The notes: generated by a model not told the origin, from the letters alone. Shown: positions 9,387-19,791, counted from the stretch's first letter. The stretch: DNA of 64,000 nucleotides from Verrucomicrobiia bacterium (GCA_963664225.1 OY760937.1:1856001-1920000); one strand, 5' to 3'. Numbers and translations: made by a program.

Positions 9387-12300
9387 TTATTTCGGGCCGA
9401 CAATTTCCCAGCCGGGCGCCAAATAGCGAGTGGGGGATAACGCTTGCCAAGTGCCTTGGAGATTCTTCATGGTCCAAATACCCACCTCGCCAGTTTGTTC
9501 ATTCTGCCAGATAATATCTGTGATGCCGTCGTTATTATAGTCGGCTGTGGCCGCCACCCGCCATTGCGACCCGGGATTTGACGGACTCAAATAGCGCCAC
9601 TGAACCCTGATAACGCCGTTCATATCCCATGCAATTAACGTGCCGTTTTGATGACGCCAGAGTATTTGCGAGTTGCCTTTTCCTTCAAAGTCTCCCGACC
9701 CAACAATGCGCCAGAGCGGATCGCCCGCATTAAATGGTGTGAGGTACTGGTAGAAGCCGTTCAGGCCATTCATAAACCAAGCCAGAATATCTCCATCTTC
9801 ATGCTGCCAAACAATTTCGGCTTTGCCATCCCGCGCCATGTTGGACGTCGCCACAATGCGCCATTGTTTGTCGTTCACCCGGGAAGGATTCAATTCCTTG
9901 AATGTGCCGTTTGTTCCGATCATGGACCACACACCCAGATAGCCATCATCGTGCTGCCAGATTATTTCGTATTTCCCATTGGCATCAATGTCGCCTGCAC
10001 CCACCATCTGCCATGTTGTCCCATTGATCGCGGCTGGATTCATGGACACTCTGGCCTTTTGCACGGAGCCGTTCATGAACCATGCCTGCAACTCGGTTCG
10101 GTTGTGCTGCCATAGAATCTCCGCTTTCTGGTCGCCTGTTACATCTCCCACCGCAACCATTTGCCAGTTTGGATCAAGTATTCGCGTGGGATTAAGGGCC
10201 TTGTAAATCCCCTGACCGTTTGTGACAACCCAGGACGCCAGCGATCCATCGCTGTGCTGAGCAACAATTTCTGCCTTGCCATCGCCATTGATGTCGCCTC
10301 CGCCCACAATCCGCCAGGAAGTGTTGAATTTTTCCAGAGTGAGGGGAACAAAGCAACCTTCCACCCCGTTCATCGTCCAGAATCCCAAAGCCCCCTGGCT
10401 GTGTTGCCAGAGAATTTCAGCTTTACCATCTCCATCAATATCCCCGGCACCGACAATCTTCCAATTCGTATCAAAAACACGGTCCGGTTTCAGGGAACCG
10501 AACTTCCATACGTTTTGGTTCACAAAACAAACTCCCACGCGACCGTCCGTGTTCTGCCATATGAGGTCCGCCTTGCCATCTTTATTGATATCACCGACGC
10601 CCCGCAAACGCCAGTTCGCATCTTGGGGAACATCCGTGTTGAGTGGGACGTAGGAACCTACCGTACCCGACATTATCCAAGCGGCCACAGAACCGTCACG
10701 GTGTTGGAAAACGATTTCCCTTTTCCCATCGCCATAAAGGTCTCCCGCCCCCACCATGCTCCAGTCCGCTTGCACAAACTGGGGCTGTAAGGCTGCATAT
10801 GCCCCGTTGGTATTGGTCATCATCCAAATGCCCAACTCACACTCCCGGTGCTGAAGCAGAATATCGGCATACCCGTCACCATTAAGGTCAAAGATCGGTG
10901 AAGAAGGCTTGGTGAAGACTGTTAGTTGCACATTGCGTATCGTGGTATCTCCACCACCACTGAACGTAACCGCAGCCGTGTAGATTGTGCCGCCAGACGA
11001 ACCGATCAGCGACTTGGCATTGTCGTTAATCGAGACGACGACATTGCCGGAGTTTTGACCGGTGGTTGGAGTGGCCGTTATCCAGTTCTTATCCGAGATG
11101 GCCGTCCAGTCCAAGGTCCCTCCACCGACATTGCTGACTGAATATGTTTTGCTTGACTGAGAGAATGGTCCACCTTGATTTCCGCTCGAGGCCAGTCCGT
11201 CTGAAGGCGATACACCTAGATGACTAACAGCCTTGAACGTCACTTGAACGCTATGGTTGTCCTGAATGTTGGAAAGAGTGTATCCGATGCCGCCATTCTG
11301 GACCACGACGCCATCCACAAGCCATTGACTCACGATATAGTTGGCATTCGGACTGCCATTAAAACTCACACCAGCACCACTGTTGACAATTTGGGCCGTG
11401 TTCGGGCTAACGTTACCGTTTGGACCAGCACTGGGAGTCACCGCATAGGTTACCACCACGGCTTTAAAAGTTACTTGGACTGTGTGGTTTGCGATAATAT
11501 CGCTAAGAGTATAGGTTGTGCTGCCGTTTAGATTGGCCACCGGAATGCCGTCCAATAGCCATTGGTCCACCACGTAGTTAGAGTTGAGAATTGGTCTGGC
11601 TACGAATGTTTGGTCCTCGCCAGGTCCTTTACTAATAACGCCACTTGGATCAACGCTGCCGCCACTTCCGGCTGATATGTCCAGCGTGTAATGATCAGGT
11701 GTCCATCTTACTGAGTAATAAACGGTACTTGTTGCGTCTCCATTTTGATCGCCTTGAAAAAGTCCACTAGCACCGGGTCGATATTGGACTTTTATTGTGT
11801 AATTAGCTGTTTGAACGAGTGAACTTGTTATGCTTAAATCAACGACTCTATCTCCTATTGCGGTGTAGGGGACAGAAACTCCTGCGGTAATGGGCTGACT
11901 CAATCCGCCACCGGTGATTGTTGCCTGGAGAAAACCCGTAGTTATCGGCGTCAGATTCACCCATACTTCAACCCCTAAAGTAGAACCAACCACCTTACCA
12001 GAACCCGATGGCGGAGAGATTCTTACCGAGTTTATAAGCGGTAGAGAATAACCAATGGAGACCGTATTTGGGCTTGACCCCCCAATATTATTATTTTCAA
12101 TCGCTTCTGCAACCTCCTGATTACAGTCAATGAATGCTGTAACGTAATAGTTTCCAGTCGGGACTGTGGTTGGGATGTCAATAATTTCTGAGTATGTTTT
12201 GCTCGCATTAGCAGCCAGGGTAGTCATTGGCCCATAGTATGCGATCATATAGGTTGTTCCATAGGGAGTGCTAGACAAATATATTTTTGTGGAGTGAGCT

Positions 12301-13058
12301 AATGTAGCGTCTGCCGTGCCTTTGTTTTTCTCTGTCCATCCCACCTGAATCGAACCTCCAGGAGTAACACTCACTGGAGAAACAGTTAGCGGTTCAACTA
12401 TCGTTAAATCAGGCTGACCATCACCAACAATTTGAGTTCTTCGGATCGGCCGGTATGCACTCAGACTGCTATAAGACCATAATTTGCGCTGGGCATGATG
12501 AGGAGTTTGCTCCATTGACCTTATGCCGGAACTTTCATAGTTCAAGAACATTATTATATGGCCGAGAGAGGAGGAGTTTATTGCGTCGCCCTGCAAGAGT
12601 GAGACAGAAGCCGCACTACCGATATTTCCCAGGCTAGACCAGTAAGGACCATTAATTCCGCTTTCAAATGTAGCAGTTGTATTGCGCTGAGGGAGTTTCC
12701 AACAGATACTAACGAACCCTGAGCAATCATTTCCGTAGCCTTTGTTTCCACTACCTGTGATTGGCATATAGCCAGCAAATTCCTGCCAATTATCCTGAGG
12801 ATTAGTTTGGCCGTAAGGGATTCCGGTGTAGGTGACTCCCTTTGTGTAAGTGTATCGCACAGCGACACCGCCCTCGGTATACTCGTAATTGTAAAACGTG
12901 TTATTGGGAGCCCATGTGGAATCGATCATTTGGTCGGCGATAGACTTGATTGAAGACCGAGTGATGCTGCCCCATGTATCGCCGTTCCACGCCCTTCCGG
13001 TGCTTGGCAAACAAAGGAGCAGAGTGACCAAAAGTAGTGATTTTACTTTCATAATCAT
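9387..13058 (-). CDS. Secreted multidomain protein: NlpC/P60-like catalytic domain, CARDB, Ig/InlB-B-like repeats, BACON, FG-GAP-like repeats
   Basis: Signal peptide; GNDCSGFVS and GHIIMF motifs; PDL...E.IENNN CARDB; about 10 W.IVG.GD..GDGKAEI.WQH.DG repeats. Confidence 0.8.
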   Translation of the reverse strand: MIMKVKSLLLVTLLLCLPSTGRAWNGDTWGSITRSSIKSIADQMIDSTWAPNNTFYNYEYTEGGVAVRYTYTKGVTYTGIPYGQTNPQDNWQEFAGYMPITGSGNKGYGNDCSGFVSICWKLPQRNTTATFESGINGPYWSSLGNIGSAASVSLLQGDAINSSSLGHIIMFLNYESSGIRSMEQTPHHAQRKLWSYSSLSAYRPIRRTQIVGDGQPDLTIVEPLTVSPVSVTPGGSIQVGWTEKNKGTADATLAHSTKIYLSSTPYGTTYMIAYYGPMTTLAANASKTYSEIIDIPTTVPTGNYYVTAFIDCNQEVAEAIENNNIGGSSPNTVSIGYSLPLINSVRISPPSGSGKVVGSTLGVEVWVNLTPITTGFLQATITGGGLSQPITAGVSVPYTAIGDRVVDLSITSSLVQTANYTIKVQYRPGASGLFQGDQNGDATSTVYYSVRWTPDHYTLDISAGSGGSVDPSGVISKGPGEDQTFVARPILNSNYVVDQWLLDGIPVANLNGSTTYTLSDIIANHTVQVTFKAVVVTYAVTPSAGPNGNVSPNTAQIVNSGAGVSFNGSPNANYIVSQWLVDGVVVQNGGIGYTLSNIQDNHSVQVTFKAVSHLGVSPSDGLASSGNQGGPFSQSSKTYSVSNVGGGTLDWTAISDKNWITATPTTGQNSGNVVVSINDNAKSLIGSSGGTIYTAAVTFSGGGDTTIRNVQLTVFTKPSSPIFDLNGDGYADILLQHRECELGIWMMTNTNGAYAALQPQFVQADWSMVGAGDLYGDGKREIVFQHRDGSVAAWIMSGTVGSYVPLNTDVPQDANWRLRGVGDINKDGKADLIWQNTDGRVGVCFVNQNVWKFGSLKPDRVFDTNWKIVGAGDIDGDGKAEILWQHSQGALGFWTMNGVEGCFVPLTLEKFNTSWRIVGGGDINGDGKAEIVAQHSDGSLASWVVTNGQGIYKALNPTRILDPNWQMVAVGDVTGDQKAEILWQHNRTELQAWFMNGSVQKARVSMNPAAINGTTWQMVGAGDIDANGKYEIIWQHDDGYLGVWSMIGTNGTFKELNPSRVNDKQWRIVATSNMARDGKAEIVWQHEDGDILAWFMNGLNGFYQYLTPFNAGDPLWRIVGSGDFEGKGNSQILWRHQNGTLIAWDMNGVIRVQWRYLSPSNPGSQWRVAATADYNNDGITDIIWQNEQTGEVGIWTMKNLQGTWQALSPTRYLAPGWEIVGPK

Positions 13059-13073
13059 TATTGGCTGCAGTCG

Positions 13074-14258
13074 TCATTGTCCGAAAACGTTAAGTTTCGC
13101 TTGATCCTGTTGAGGCAGGAACTGAACTATGGTCCCGCATGGCATCACAGTGACCAGTTTTGTTGTCCAAATTGCATAGTCATTTTCAGGAATCGTCGTG
13201 GTTCCTTCTTTCTCACCGGCAACATTGAAGGTAAGCACCTCAAGAACAACAGATTTCTCCACGAGCCTTTCGGTTTGGATATAGAAACGCTGGTCCTGAT
13301 CCTCGCCTATAAATGTGGCAGCGACAACACCTTCCAAGGGAATATTCATTTTCAAAATGGTCTGTTGACGCGCCTGGTCTAGCTCCTGAACAGCAAATCC
13401 CTGATCTTTTACGAGATTGATCGAATAAATGGAACCCCTTGTGCCATGAACGCCATTACTAGTCCGTTTAATCGAGGTGTCGGCAGCTGTGAGCGATCCA
13501 CTCTCAAGATTAGCGATCAGGACATCACTGTTCGCTGCATCTGCGAAATATATAGCACCGTTGGCTACATGAAAGTAACCTCTTGTGGTAATATCTGCTG
13601 GATTAAGTTTCAATGAGCTTTGAAGCGCGCCTTGTGCATCATATTGATATAGAGTAAGTTTGATCTGATCAAACACGTAAACGCGGCTTTTTTGATCCAC
13701 TGCAATATCGTTAATTTCGATTCCTGCCAGGTTGATGTTCCGCAGATAAGTTCCATCCTTGGAATAGATAACGATTCGATGATTCACCAAGTCTGCCACA
13801 AGAACATTTCCGTTTGCATCGACAGAGTACGACTCTGGCCCAGTTGGAGTTTCACCATTTTCTCGCCTTAAACCGACTTCGCCCTCCCCCTGACCATATT
13901 TTACGACTTTATGCACGCTCGCTTCCTGCGTGGTTGTCCGTGGAACAGCCGGGATCCTTGCAAAACGCGGCGCGGCCGGTCTAATGCGTTTAGGGCTAGC
14001 TTCCGCAGATGGCGACGCCTCCAAGAAGGAGAGGGCTACCCTATGCTTTGCGGAGTGGACCCAAACTGACCAAGCGCAGGTGATCATAAGTAACACTATA
14101 ATAAGCAAAGGGATTTTCCGGTTCAGGCGTGACTCACTGAGCCACTTTAAGTATCCCTTCACGCATTTTTCGACGATAGTTAAGGATCTGCGAAATATGC
14201 CTCCGTTATAGATCATTTTATATTTTCCTCTGCGCCCTTGTTTTCTCCACGACAACAT
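13074..14258 (-). CDS. Membrane-anchored or secreted NHL-like beta-propeller protein (start uncertain)
   Basis: Hydrophobic N-terminal segment; GPESYSVDANGNVLVADLVNHRI and DIAVDQKSRVYVFD blades. Confidence 0.7.
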   Translation of the reverse strand: MLSWRKQGRRGKYKMIYNGGIFRRSLTIVEKCVKGYLKWLSESRLNRKIPLLIIVLLMITCAWSVWVHSAKHRVALSFLEASPSAEASPKRIRPAAPRFARIPAVPRTTTQEASVHKVVKYGQGEGEVGLRRENGETPTGPESYSVDANGNVLVADLVNHRIVIYSKDGTYLRNINLAGIEINDIAVDQKSRVYVFDQIKLTLYQYDAQGALQSSLKLNPADITTRGYFHVANGAIYFADAANSDVLIANLESGSLTAADTSIKRTSNGVHGTRGSIYSINLVKDQGFAVQELDQARQQTILKMNIPLEGVVAATFIGEDQDQRFYIQTERLVEKSVVLEVLTFNVAGEKEGTTTIPENDYAIWTTKLVTVMPCGTIVQFLPQQDQAKLNVFGQ

Positions 14259-14638
14259 GAAAGCGGCGCTCCTTAGTCCAGAACAAATACTTACATGCTT
14301 CCATTGGAACGATTCCGGCCTAACGCGATATGGACACAGCCGAGAACTTTTTTAGTGAGTAAAACTACCAGTTTGGAATTAGACAGCAGCTAAAGCCGAA
14401 TTTCTGTAATACCTTGGTTTACGGTTCGTAAGAATTGATTACCACTCCTCGGACGACAGAGAATAAGTTTCCATCGAGTGAATTGGCTACTGTTTTCCGC
14501 CTGTACGACATGCATTGCAAGATAATTATTTAGGTTTTTGATGATTATTTTCTGTGGTGGCGGGAATCGCCCTGAGAATCATAGACGCAGAACAGGTGGA
14601 GACTGATGCAATCTGTTCAGAATTAATGTTTTGCATGA

Positions 14639-15140
14639 ACGCCGCGTGGGGGCATGCGGCCTGCAATTTGTTACTCCCAACGGCGCGCAGAGGACTGCAT
14701 CTACCGCGATCTCTCCCTGATCGTGCCAATTGAGGCCTGTGGAGAGAGAAGAATCACGGCTGGGGCACGCTGGACAATGCGGATGCGCGGGACGGACGGA
14801 TGGTTTCGTTTTGGATGCGAACGGGAATATGAACAGGGCACCCTCACCCCGTACCCTCTCCCGCTGGCGCAGGAGAGGGAGAAGATTCGTTCGGTTCTTT
14901 GGGTTGGCTGTGTTTATTGGCCCCATATACTTCCATGTCGTTTTAAAGCCTTTTTGGGCTTGCTGAAGAATTTTGCCAGGGGGCGCAGGACAAAATTCAG
15001 GAGTGCGGAAGACAGCCATGGCAGTGCGCTGTTTTAAATCGGTTTTGCGGCAACGGCAGAACTAGCGGGCGGGATTCGCGGCGGACTTGAAAACGTTGGG
15101 TTCAAGAACGCTTTAAGCCGGTCAGGAGACCGGCGCTCCG
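14639..15140. repeat. Cluster of REP-like palindromes (14639-14666, 14681-14705, 14841-14883, 15117-15140)
   Basis: GCCGCGTGGGGGCATGCGGCCTGCA, CGGCGCGCAGAGGACTGCATCTACC, CCCTCACCCCGTACCCTCTCC...GGAGAGGG, GCCGGTCAGGAGACCGGCGCTCC. Confidence 0.7.
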
Positions 15141-15229
15141 AAGTCACCGTGGCATGACGAGACGCGAGCCTAAATGGGTTACCCCTTTCCCTCGCCTTTG
15201 TTAACAGGTTGTCCTATAATCGGCGGCAT

Positions 15230-16489
15230 ATGAACAACTGCGTAAGGAAGAGTGATCTCAAGCTCATTTTTGCATTGGCGTGTGCATGGATGGCGGTTGG
15301 ATGTCTTTCGGCGCATGGGGCGGACCAATGGTCTCGTTTTCGTGGTGCGGACGGTTCTGGCATCAGCGCCGCCACGCATCTTCCCATTCAATGGTCTGAC
15401 ACGAATGTGGCCTGGAAAATTGCGCTCCCGGGAAAAGGCCATTCCTCGCCGGTTGTTTGGAACGAGCGCGTTTTTGTAACCAGCGGCGACGCGGCAAAGG
15501 CGGATCGTTATCTCACGTGTGTCAACGCGCTCGATGGCAAGGTGCTTTGGGAAAAGACTTATTCCTCCAAGCCGTTCAAACAGCATACGGACAATAGTTT
15601 TGCCACCTCCACCGCCGCAGTGGATGCCAGCGGTGTTTATTTTTATTGGACCACGCCGGAAGCGGTTTCAGTAACGGCGCTGACTCTCGATGGGAAGGAA
15701 AAATGGACGAAAAACCTGGGCCCTTTTGCAAGCCAACATGGAAGCGGCGCCTCGTTGGTCATCCAAAACCAGGTGGTCTGGGTCAACAACGACCAGGATG
15801 GCGCCAGCGCCTTGATCGGACTGGACACCGTCTCAGGCGAAACCAAATACAACATCAAAAGAACTGCGGACAAGGTTTCGTACGCCACGCCGTGTTTGTT
15901 CAAGCCGGAGGGAGCGCCCGCTGAGCTCGTTTTCGCGGCATCCAGCCACGGTTTGACCAGCGTGAATCCCGCCAATGGCCTTGTAAACTGGGAATGCACG
16001 AATCTCTTTCCCGCGCGCGTCGTTTCCTCTCCCGTGGTATGCGATGGATTGATTGTTTGCACCTGCGGCGAAGGAGGCGTGGGGAGGCGTCTGGTGGCCG
16101 TTCGTCCAAAACATGGGAATGAACCGGCCGCCTTGGTTTATGATTTGAAAACCGGCGTTTCCTATGTGCCCACGCCGCTGGCGATCGACGGCAGGCTGTA
16201 TCTGGTGGGCGATAACGGCCTCGTGCGGTGTGTCCGGGCCGCAACAGGCGAAGCGATCTGGCAGCAGAAATTACCGGAGCAATTCTACGCATCGCCGGTG
16301 AGCGCGGAGGGTCGGCTCTACCTGACCAGCAAGAGCGGCGTGGTGTTCGTTCTCAAAGCGGGCGAGTCGTTTGAGTTGCTGGCCCAAAACGCATTGGGCG
16401 AATCAAGCTTTGCCACCCCCGCCATCGCGGACGGAAAAATATTCTTCAGAACGCTTTCGCATTTGATTGCCGTTGGTGGGGCAAAATAA
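15230..16489 (+). CDS. PQQ-binding-like (BamB-like) beta-propeller protein
   Basis: WSRFRGADGSG, WKIALPGKGHSSPVV, FYASPV and FATPAIADGKIFFRT motifs; signal peptide. Confidence 0.9.
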   Translation: MNNCVRKSDLKLIFALACAWMAVGCLSAHGADQWSRFRGADGSGISAATHLPIQWSDTNVAWKIALPGKGHSSPVVWNERVFVTSGDAAKADRYLTCVNALDGKVLWEKTYSSKPFKQHTDNSFATSTAAVDASGVYFYWTTPEAVSVTALTLDGKEKWTKNLGPFASQHGSGASLVIQNQVVWVNNDQDGASALIGLDTVSGETKYNIKRTADKVSYATPCLFKPEGAPAELVFAASSHGLTSVNPANGLVNWECTNLFPARVVSSPVVCDGLIVCTCGEGGVGRRLVAVRPKHGNEPAALVYDLKTGVSYVPTPLAIDGRLYLVGDNGLVRCVRAATGEAIWQQKLPEQFYASPVSAEGRLYLTSKSGVVFVLKAGESFELLAQNALGESSFATPAIADGKIFFRTLSHLIAVGGAK

Positions 16490-16504
16490 CCATTGGAGTT
16501 TTGG

Positions 16505-16532
16505 ACGCCGCGTGGGGGCACGCGGCCTACAA
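16505..16532 (-). repeat. GTAG-type REP palindrome
   Basis: Minus strand TTGTAGGCCGCGTGCCCCCACGCGGCGT; 26/28 identical to 14639-14666; lies between convergent genes. Confidence 0.8.
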
Positions 16533-16617
16533 TGAAAAAAGGCGCCGGGCAGAAGCGCAGCACCGGTTAAATTACACGATCCTGCAGATGCGGTTACCTT
16601 GCGAGCCGCAGATCGGT

Positions 16618-18075
16618 TTACGGCCGTTTTCTGATTTCGTCCTTCTGGTAGGCGCGCAGGTATTCGGCGCGGTATTCGTTCACGGCCTGGATACTCGTGA
16701 CGCATTCCTCCCATGGCATGGCGGGACGCGGGCTCAGATGGGCGATGGGCGTCACCTTCCCTTTGTATTGCGCGGCCAGCTTTTGGAATTCCCGGCCCCA
16801 GGCTTTCAACGTTCCGTCGCTGGTCACCAGCCCAATGAACTGGCTTGGGTCCGTGGACTCGGGAGTGTCAAAAAATCCCCAATTCAGCCAGCCGGTGGCC
16901 AGACCGTAAGTCGTTTCCACCAGCCGCCGACAATAGCGCGCCTGCTGCTCTTCGGTCGCCGCGGGATGTTTGCCGCCGTCGAACCGGGGTTTGCCACCGC
17001 CATACCAGCCAAATTCGCCCAAGACCACCGGCTTGCCGCACAGGGCCGCCTGCCGCACCACGCATTCGCAGTAGGCCAGATTCTGCTCCTCGGAAGCGTC
17101 ATCCTTGTATTCAAAGGCACCGTTGGCCAGCGGGTAAAAATGGATCGTCACAAAATCAAGCAACGGGGCCTGGGACGCGGGCCGGAAAGCGGCATAATGC
17201 TTGATGGCCGGTAATGCGGCGGGAACCGACCATTGGATCAAGCCCACGGTGACCATGGCCTGGGGGTCGGCCGACTTAATCGCCTGCACCTGGCGGCGGG
17301 TCCATTCCACGGCCTTTTCATCGCGAAACCGCTGGTAATCGATCAACCGGAGATTCCCCAGCGCATCGACCGGTTCAGGCGCAGCCACAGCGCCCGGGAA
17401 GCCATCCACCGCATTGACATGCCACGCCGCCTGAATTTTCTCCGTGCTCCCGTAACGGTCCTGGAGCCAGCGGTTCCATTTGGTTTTCAAGGCCGGGGTG
17501 TCCCAGCCCATTTCGGGTTCGTTGAGGAGGTCGTAGGCGAAAATCACGTTCCTGCCCTTGTAACGCGCGGCGAATAATTTCCAGAAAGTCTCCACGGCAT
17601 CCAGGGCCGTGTCGTCGGCATAGCGGTCCGCCTTTGCCCATTCTGGAAATCCCTCCCAATGATCCGGGCCGGTCGGATGCACGTAAATGCCCGCCTCCTC
17701 GGCGATGGTGAGGAACTGATCGAACCTGGCCAGGCCCTCGGGATCGAGCGCGCCGGGCTTGGAATAAAAGGAGCCGTAGGTGAGAAAGACGCGCGCGCAG
17801 TTCACCCCCAACCCCTTCATTTGCGCGAAATCCTTGCGCGTGACCTCGGCGTCGAATTTCTTCCACACCTGCGGCGCCCAACCGGTGCCCGGGTGGAAAT
17901 AGGACACGCCGAAGGGCACAAATGGGGTGCCCTGGACGGTTTCGAAAGTGCGTCCATTGGACGCCACCCGGATTTTCGGAAGCGCCGAGGTTGAAGAGTT
18001 TCCATTTTCCGCCGTTGCTTTAAGCCCAGACAACAGCAGCCCAGCCAGCATGACCGCGCAAAGCATGTGTTTCAT
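16618..18075 (-). CDS. Secreted clan GH-A glycoside hydrolase (GH5/GH42-like)
   Basis: AYDLLNEP acid/base and PVVLGEFGW nucleophile motifs; signal peptide from ATG 18075. Confidence 0.85.
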   Translation of the reverse strand: MKHMLCAVMLAGLLLSGLKATAENGNSSTSALPKIRVASNGRTFETVQGTPFVPFGVSYFHPGTGWAPQVWKKFDAEVTRKDFAQMKGLGVNCARVFLTYGSFYSKPGALDPEGLARFDQFLTIAEEAGIYVHPTGPDHWEGFPEWAKADRYADDTALDAVETFWKLFAARYKGRNVIFAYDLLNEPEMGWDTPALKTKWNRWLQDRYGSTEKIQAAWHVNAVDGFPGAVAAPEPVDALGNLRLIDYQRFRDEKAVEWTRRQVQAIKSADPQAMVTVGLIQWSVPAALPAIKHYAAFRPASQAPLLDFVTIHFYPLANGAFEYKDDASEEQNLAYCECVVRQAALCGKPVVLGEFGWYGGGKPRFDGGKHPAATEEQQARYCRRLVETTYGLATGWLNWGFFDTPESTDPSQFIGLVTSDGTLKAWGREFQKLAAQYKGKVTPIAHLSPRPAMPWEECVTSIQAVNEYRAEYLRAYQKDEIRKRP

Positions 18076-18636
18076 GTGATGGCCTCCATGGTAACGCAAC
18101 GCGCAGCGAATTTCCAACCTTTTGCTGTGACATTTTGCCCGCTTGTCGCCTGCCTGACGCGAGCCTGTAACCCGCCCATGCAATCTTTTACAAGGGCGGA
18201 GAAAAATCTTCGCAGCCCAATGAACGCGACACCGTAAATAATAAATAGCGACGCATGCATCCAAAAAACGACAACGCCGCCGCATTTCACGCCACCCGCC
18301 GCGAGCATCCTTTCATTGCCGCCCATTCGGCGATTACCCCTCCCGGTATCGGCCACGATGCCCATCGCCTCATGGCCAACCGCTGGAGCAGCTCCTTCTT
18401 TTACCTGATGCGGATCCGTCAAATACAGGAGGCGCGCACCACCCGATTTGGGGCGATCCGGTAAACGCAATCCCTGGAGCATTCGCGTCCCAAAAAATCA
18501 AACCAATGAGCGGGTGATTGATTTTATCGTTCACCCGTTCATGCAGGAATGTCCACGGGGCTATTTGCACAACTGGCAAAGTGTTCACAGGTGAGTGATA
18601 TTCCGTGGTTGCGAATTACCGAACAAGGAACCAGCC

Positions 18637-19314
18637 ATGGAAAAGAAACACATGCCCGCCGCCAGGATCGAAATCACAGAGAACGGCCCCTATCTCGTTA
18701 GCGGCGGTCTGCCGCTCAGTGAAGAATCCATTGTCACGAATGCCGAAGGTGATTCACTCGATTACCGGGTAGATAAGAAGTTTCCACTGAAGCCGCAGTA
18801 TGCGCTCTGCCGCTGCGGCCAGTCTGGTAACAAGCCCTTCTGCGACGGCACGCATGTCGCAGTTCCATTCGACGGCACCGAGACTGCCAGCCGGCAGCCT
18901 TATCTGGAACAGGCCGAGACAATCGAAGGCCCGACGATGCGGCTTACCGATGCCGAGGGCCTGTGCGCCTTCGCGCGATTCTGCGATCCCAAGGGGAGGA
19001 TATGGAACCTTGTCCAGCAACCGGATAATCCCGAAACCCGCAAAATTGTCGAGCACGAGGCAGGCCACTGTCCTGCGGGACGGCTGGTGTTGTGGGATCG
19101 CGTGACAGGCAAGCCCATTGAGCCGAAGTTCGAACCGTCGCTCGTGCTGATAGAGGATACAGAGAAGCAGGTGAGCGGGCCAATCTGGGTGCGGGGAGGA
19201 ATCCCGGTTGTGTCAGCGGACGGAAAAACCCTAGAGATTCGAAATCGAGTCACGCTGTGTCGCTGCGGCCAATCCTCCAACAAGCCGTATTGCGATGGCG
19301 CCCACGCGGGATGA
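18637..19314 (+). CDS. CDGSH iron-sulfur domain protein (two CDGSH motifs around a divergent ferredoxin-like domain)
   Basis: LCRCGQSGNKPFCDGTH and LCRCGQSSNKPYCDGAH; central CAFARFC...CPAGRL. Confidence 0.92.
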   Translation: MEKKHMPAARIEITENGPYLVSGGLPLSEESIVTNAEGDSLDYRVDKKFPLKPQYALCRCGQSGNKPFCDGTHVAVPFDGTETASRQPYLEQAETIEGPTMRLTDAEGLCAFARFCDPKGRIWNLVQQPDNPETRKIVEHEAGHCPAGRLVLWDRVTGKPIEPKFEPSLVLIEDTEKQVSGPIWVRGGIPVVSADGKTLEIRNRVTLCRCGQSSNKPYCDGAHAG

Positions 19315-19345
19315 GAATGGCAGCGGGGCGGACTGGGCCAGATTC

Positions 19346-19534
19346 CTACCGAGTTTCAATGGTTAGCGGCAGGCCGCGTTCAGAGCGGACTTCCAGACAA
19401 GCCAAGATAGCGTCACGAATGTTAACCAGAGCCTCATCGCGCGTTTGACCCTGGCTCACACAGCCGGGAATCGAAGAACACTCCGCAATCCAAACGCCGT
19501 CTTCGTCGCGTTTCAACGTTGTCGCAAGTTTCAT
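19346..19534 (-). CDS. hicB: HicB-family antitoxin
   Basis: DEDGVWIAECSSIPGCVSQGQTRDEALVNIRDAI signature. Confidence 0.85.
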   Translation of the reverse strand: MKLATTLKRDEDGVWIAECSSIPGCVSQGQTRDEALVNIRDAILACLEVRSERGLPLTIETR

Positions 19535-19557
19535 ATCTGATCAATGAAAAGTCGCAT
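19531..19557 (-). pseudogene. 8-codon remnant (MRLFIDQI) resembling the N-terminus of a DUF5615 PIN toxin
   Basis: Starts 6 nt after the DUF433 stop; its TGA overlaps the hicB ATG. Confidence 0.5.
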
Positions 19558-19563
19558 GAAAGC

Positions 19564-19791
19564 TCAGGCGGGAACCTGTTCAGTGATCTCCGAGTTGATC
19601 ACGCTCGACTCAGCAAACCGCAGCGCAGCCTGGATGTCCGCGCGGGTCAATTCCGGGTAACCCTTGATAATGGCATCCCAAGATTCACCTTCCGCAAGCT
19701 GGCCGATGATGACTTCCACAGGTATCCGCGTGCCCTTGATCACGGGCCGACCGCCACACACGCGCGGATTGAACTCAATGCGATCGTTCAT
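19564..19791 (-). CDS. DUF433 family antitoxin
   Basis: RIEFNPRVCGGRPVIKGTRIPVEVI...YPELTRADIQAALRFA. Confidence 0.92.
   Translation of the reverse strand: MNDRIEFNPRVCGGRPVIKGTRIPVEVIIGQLAEGESWDAIIKGYPELTRADIQAALRFAESSVINSEITEQVPA

Noticed and set aside
19330..19348. Stop-codon readthrough (TAG) at the end of hicB
   Set aside because: The downstream codons do not resemble HicB tails and there is no recoding machinery in view.
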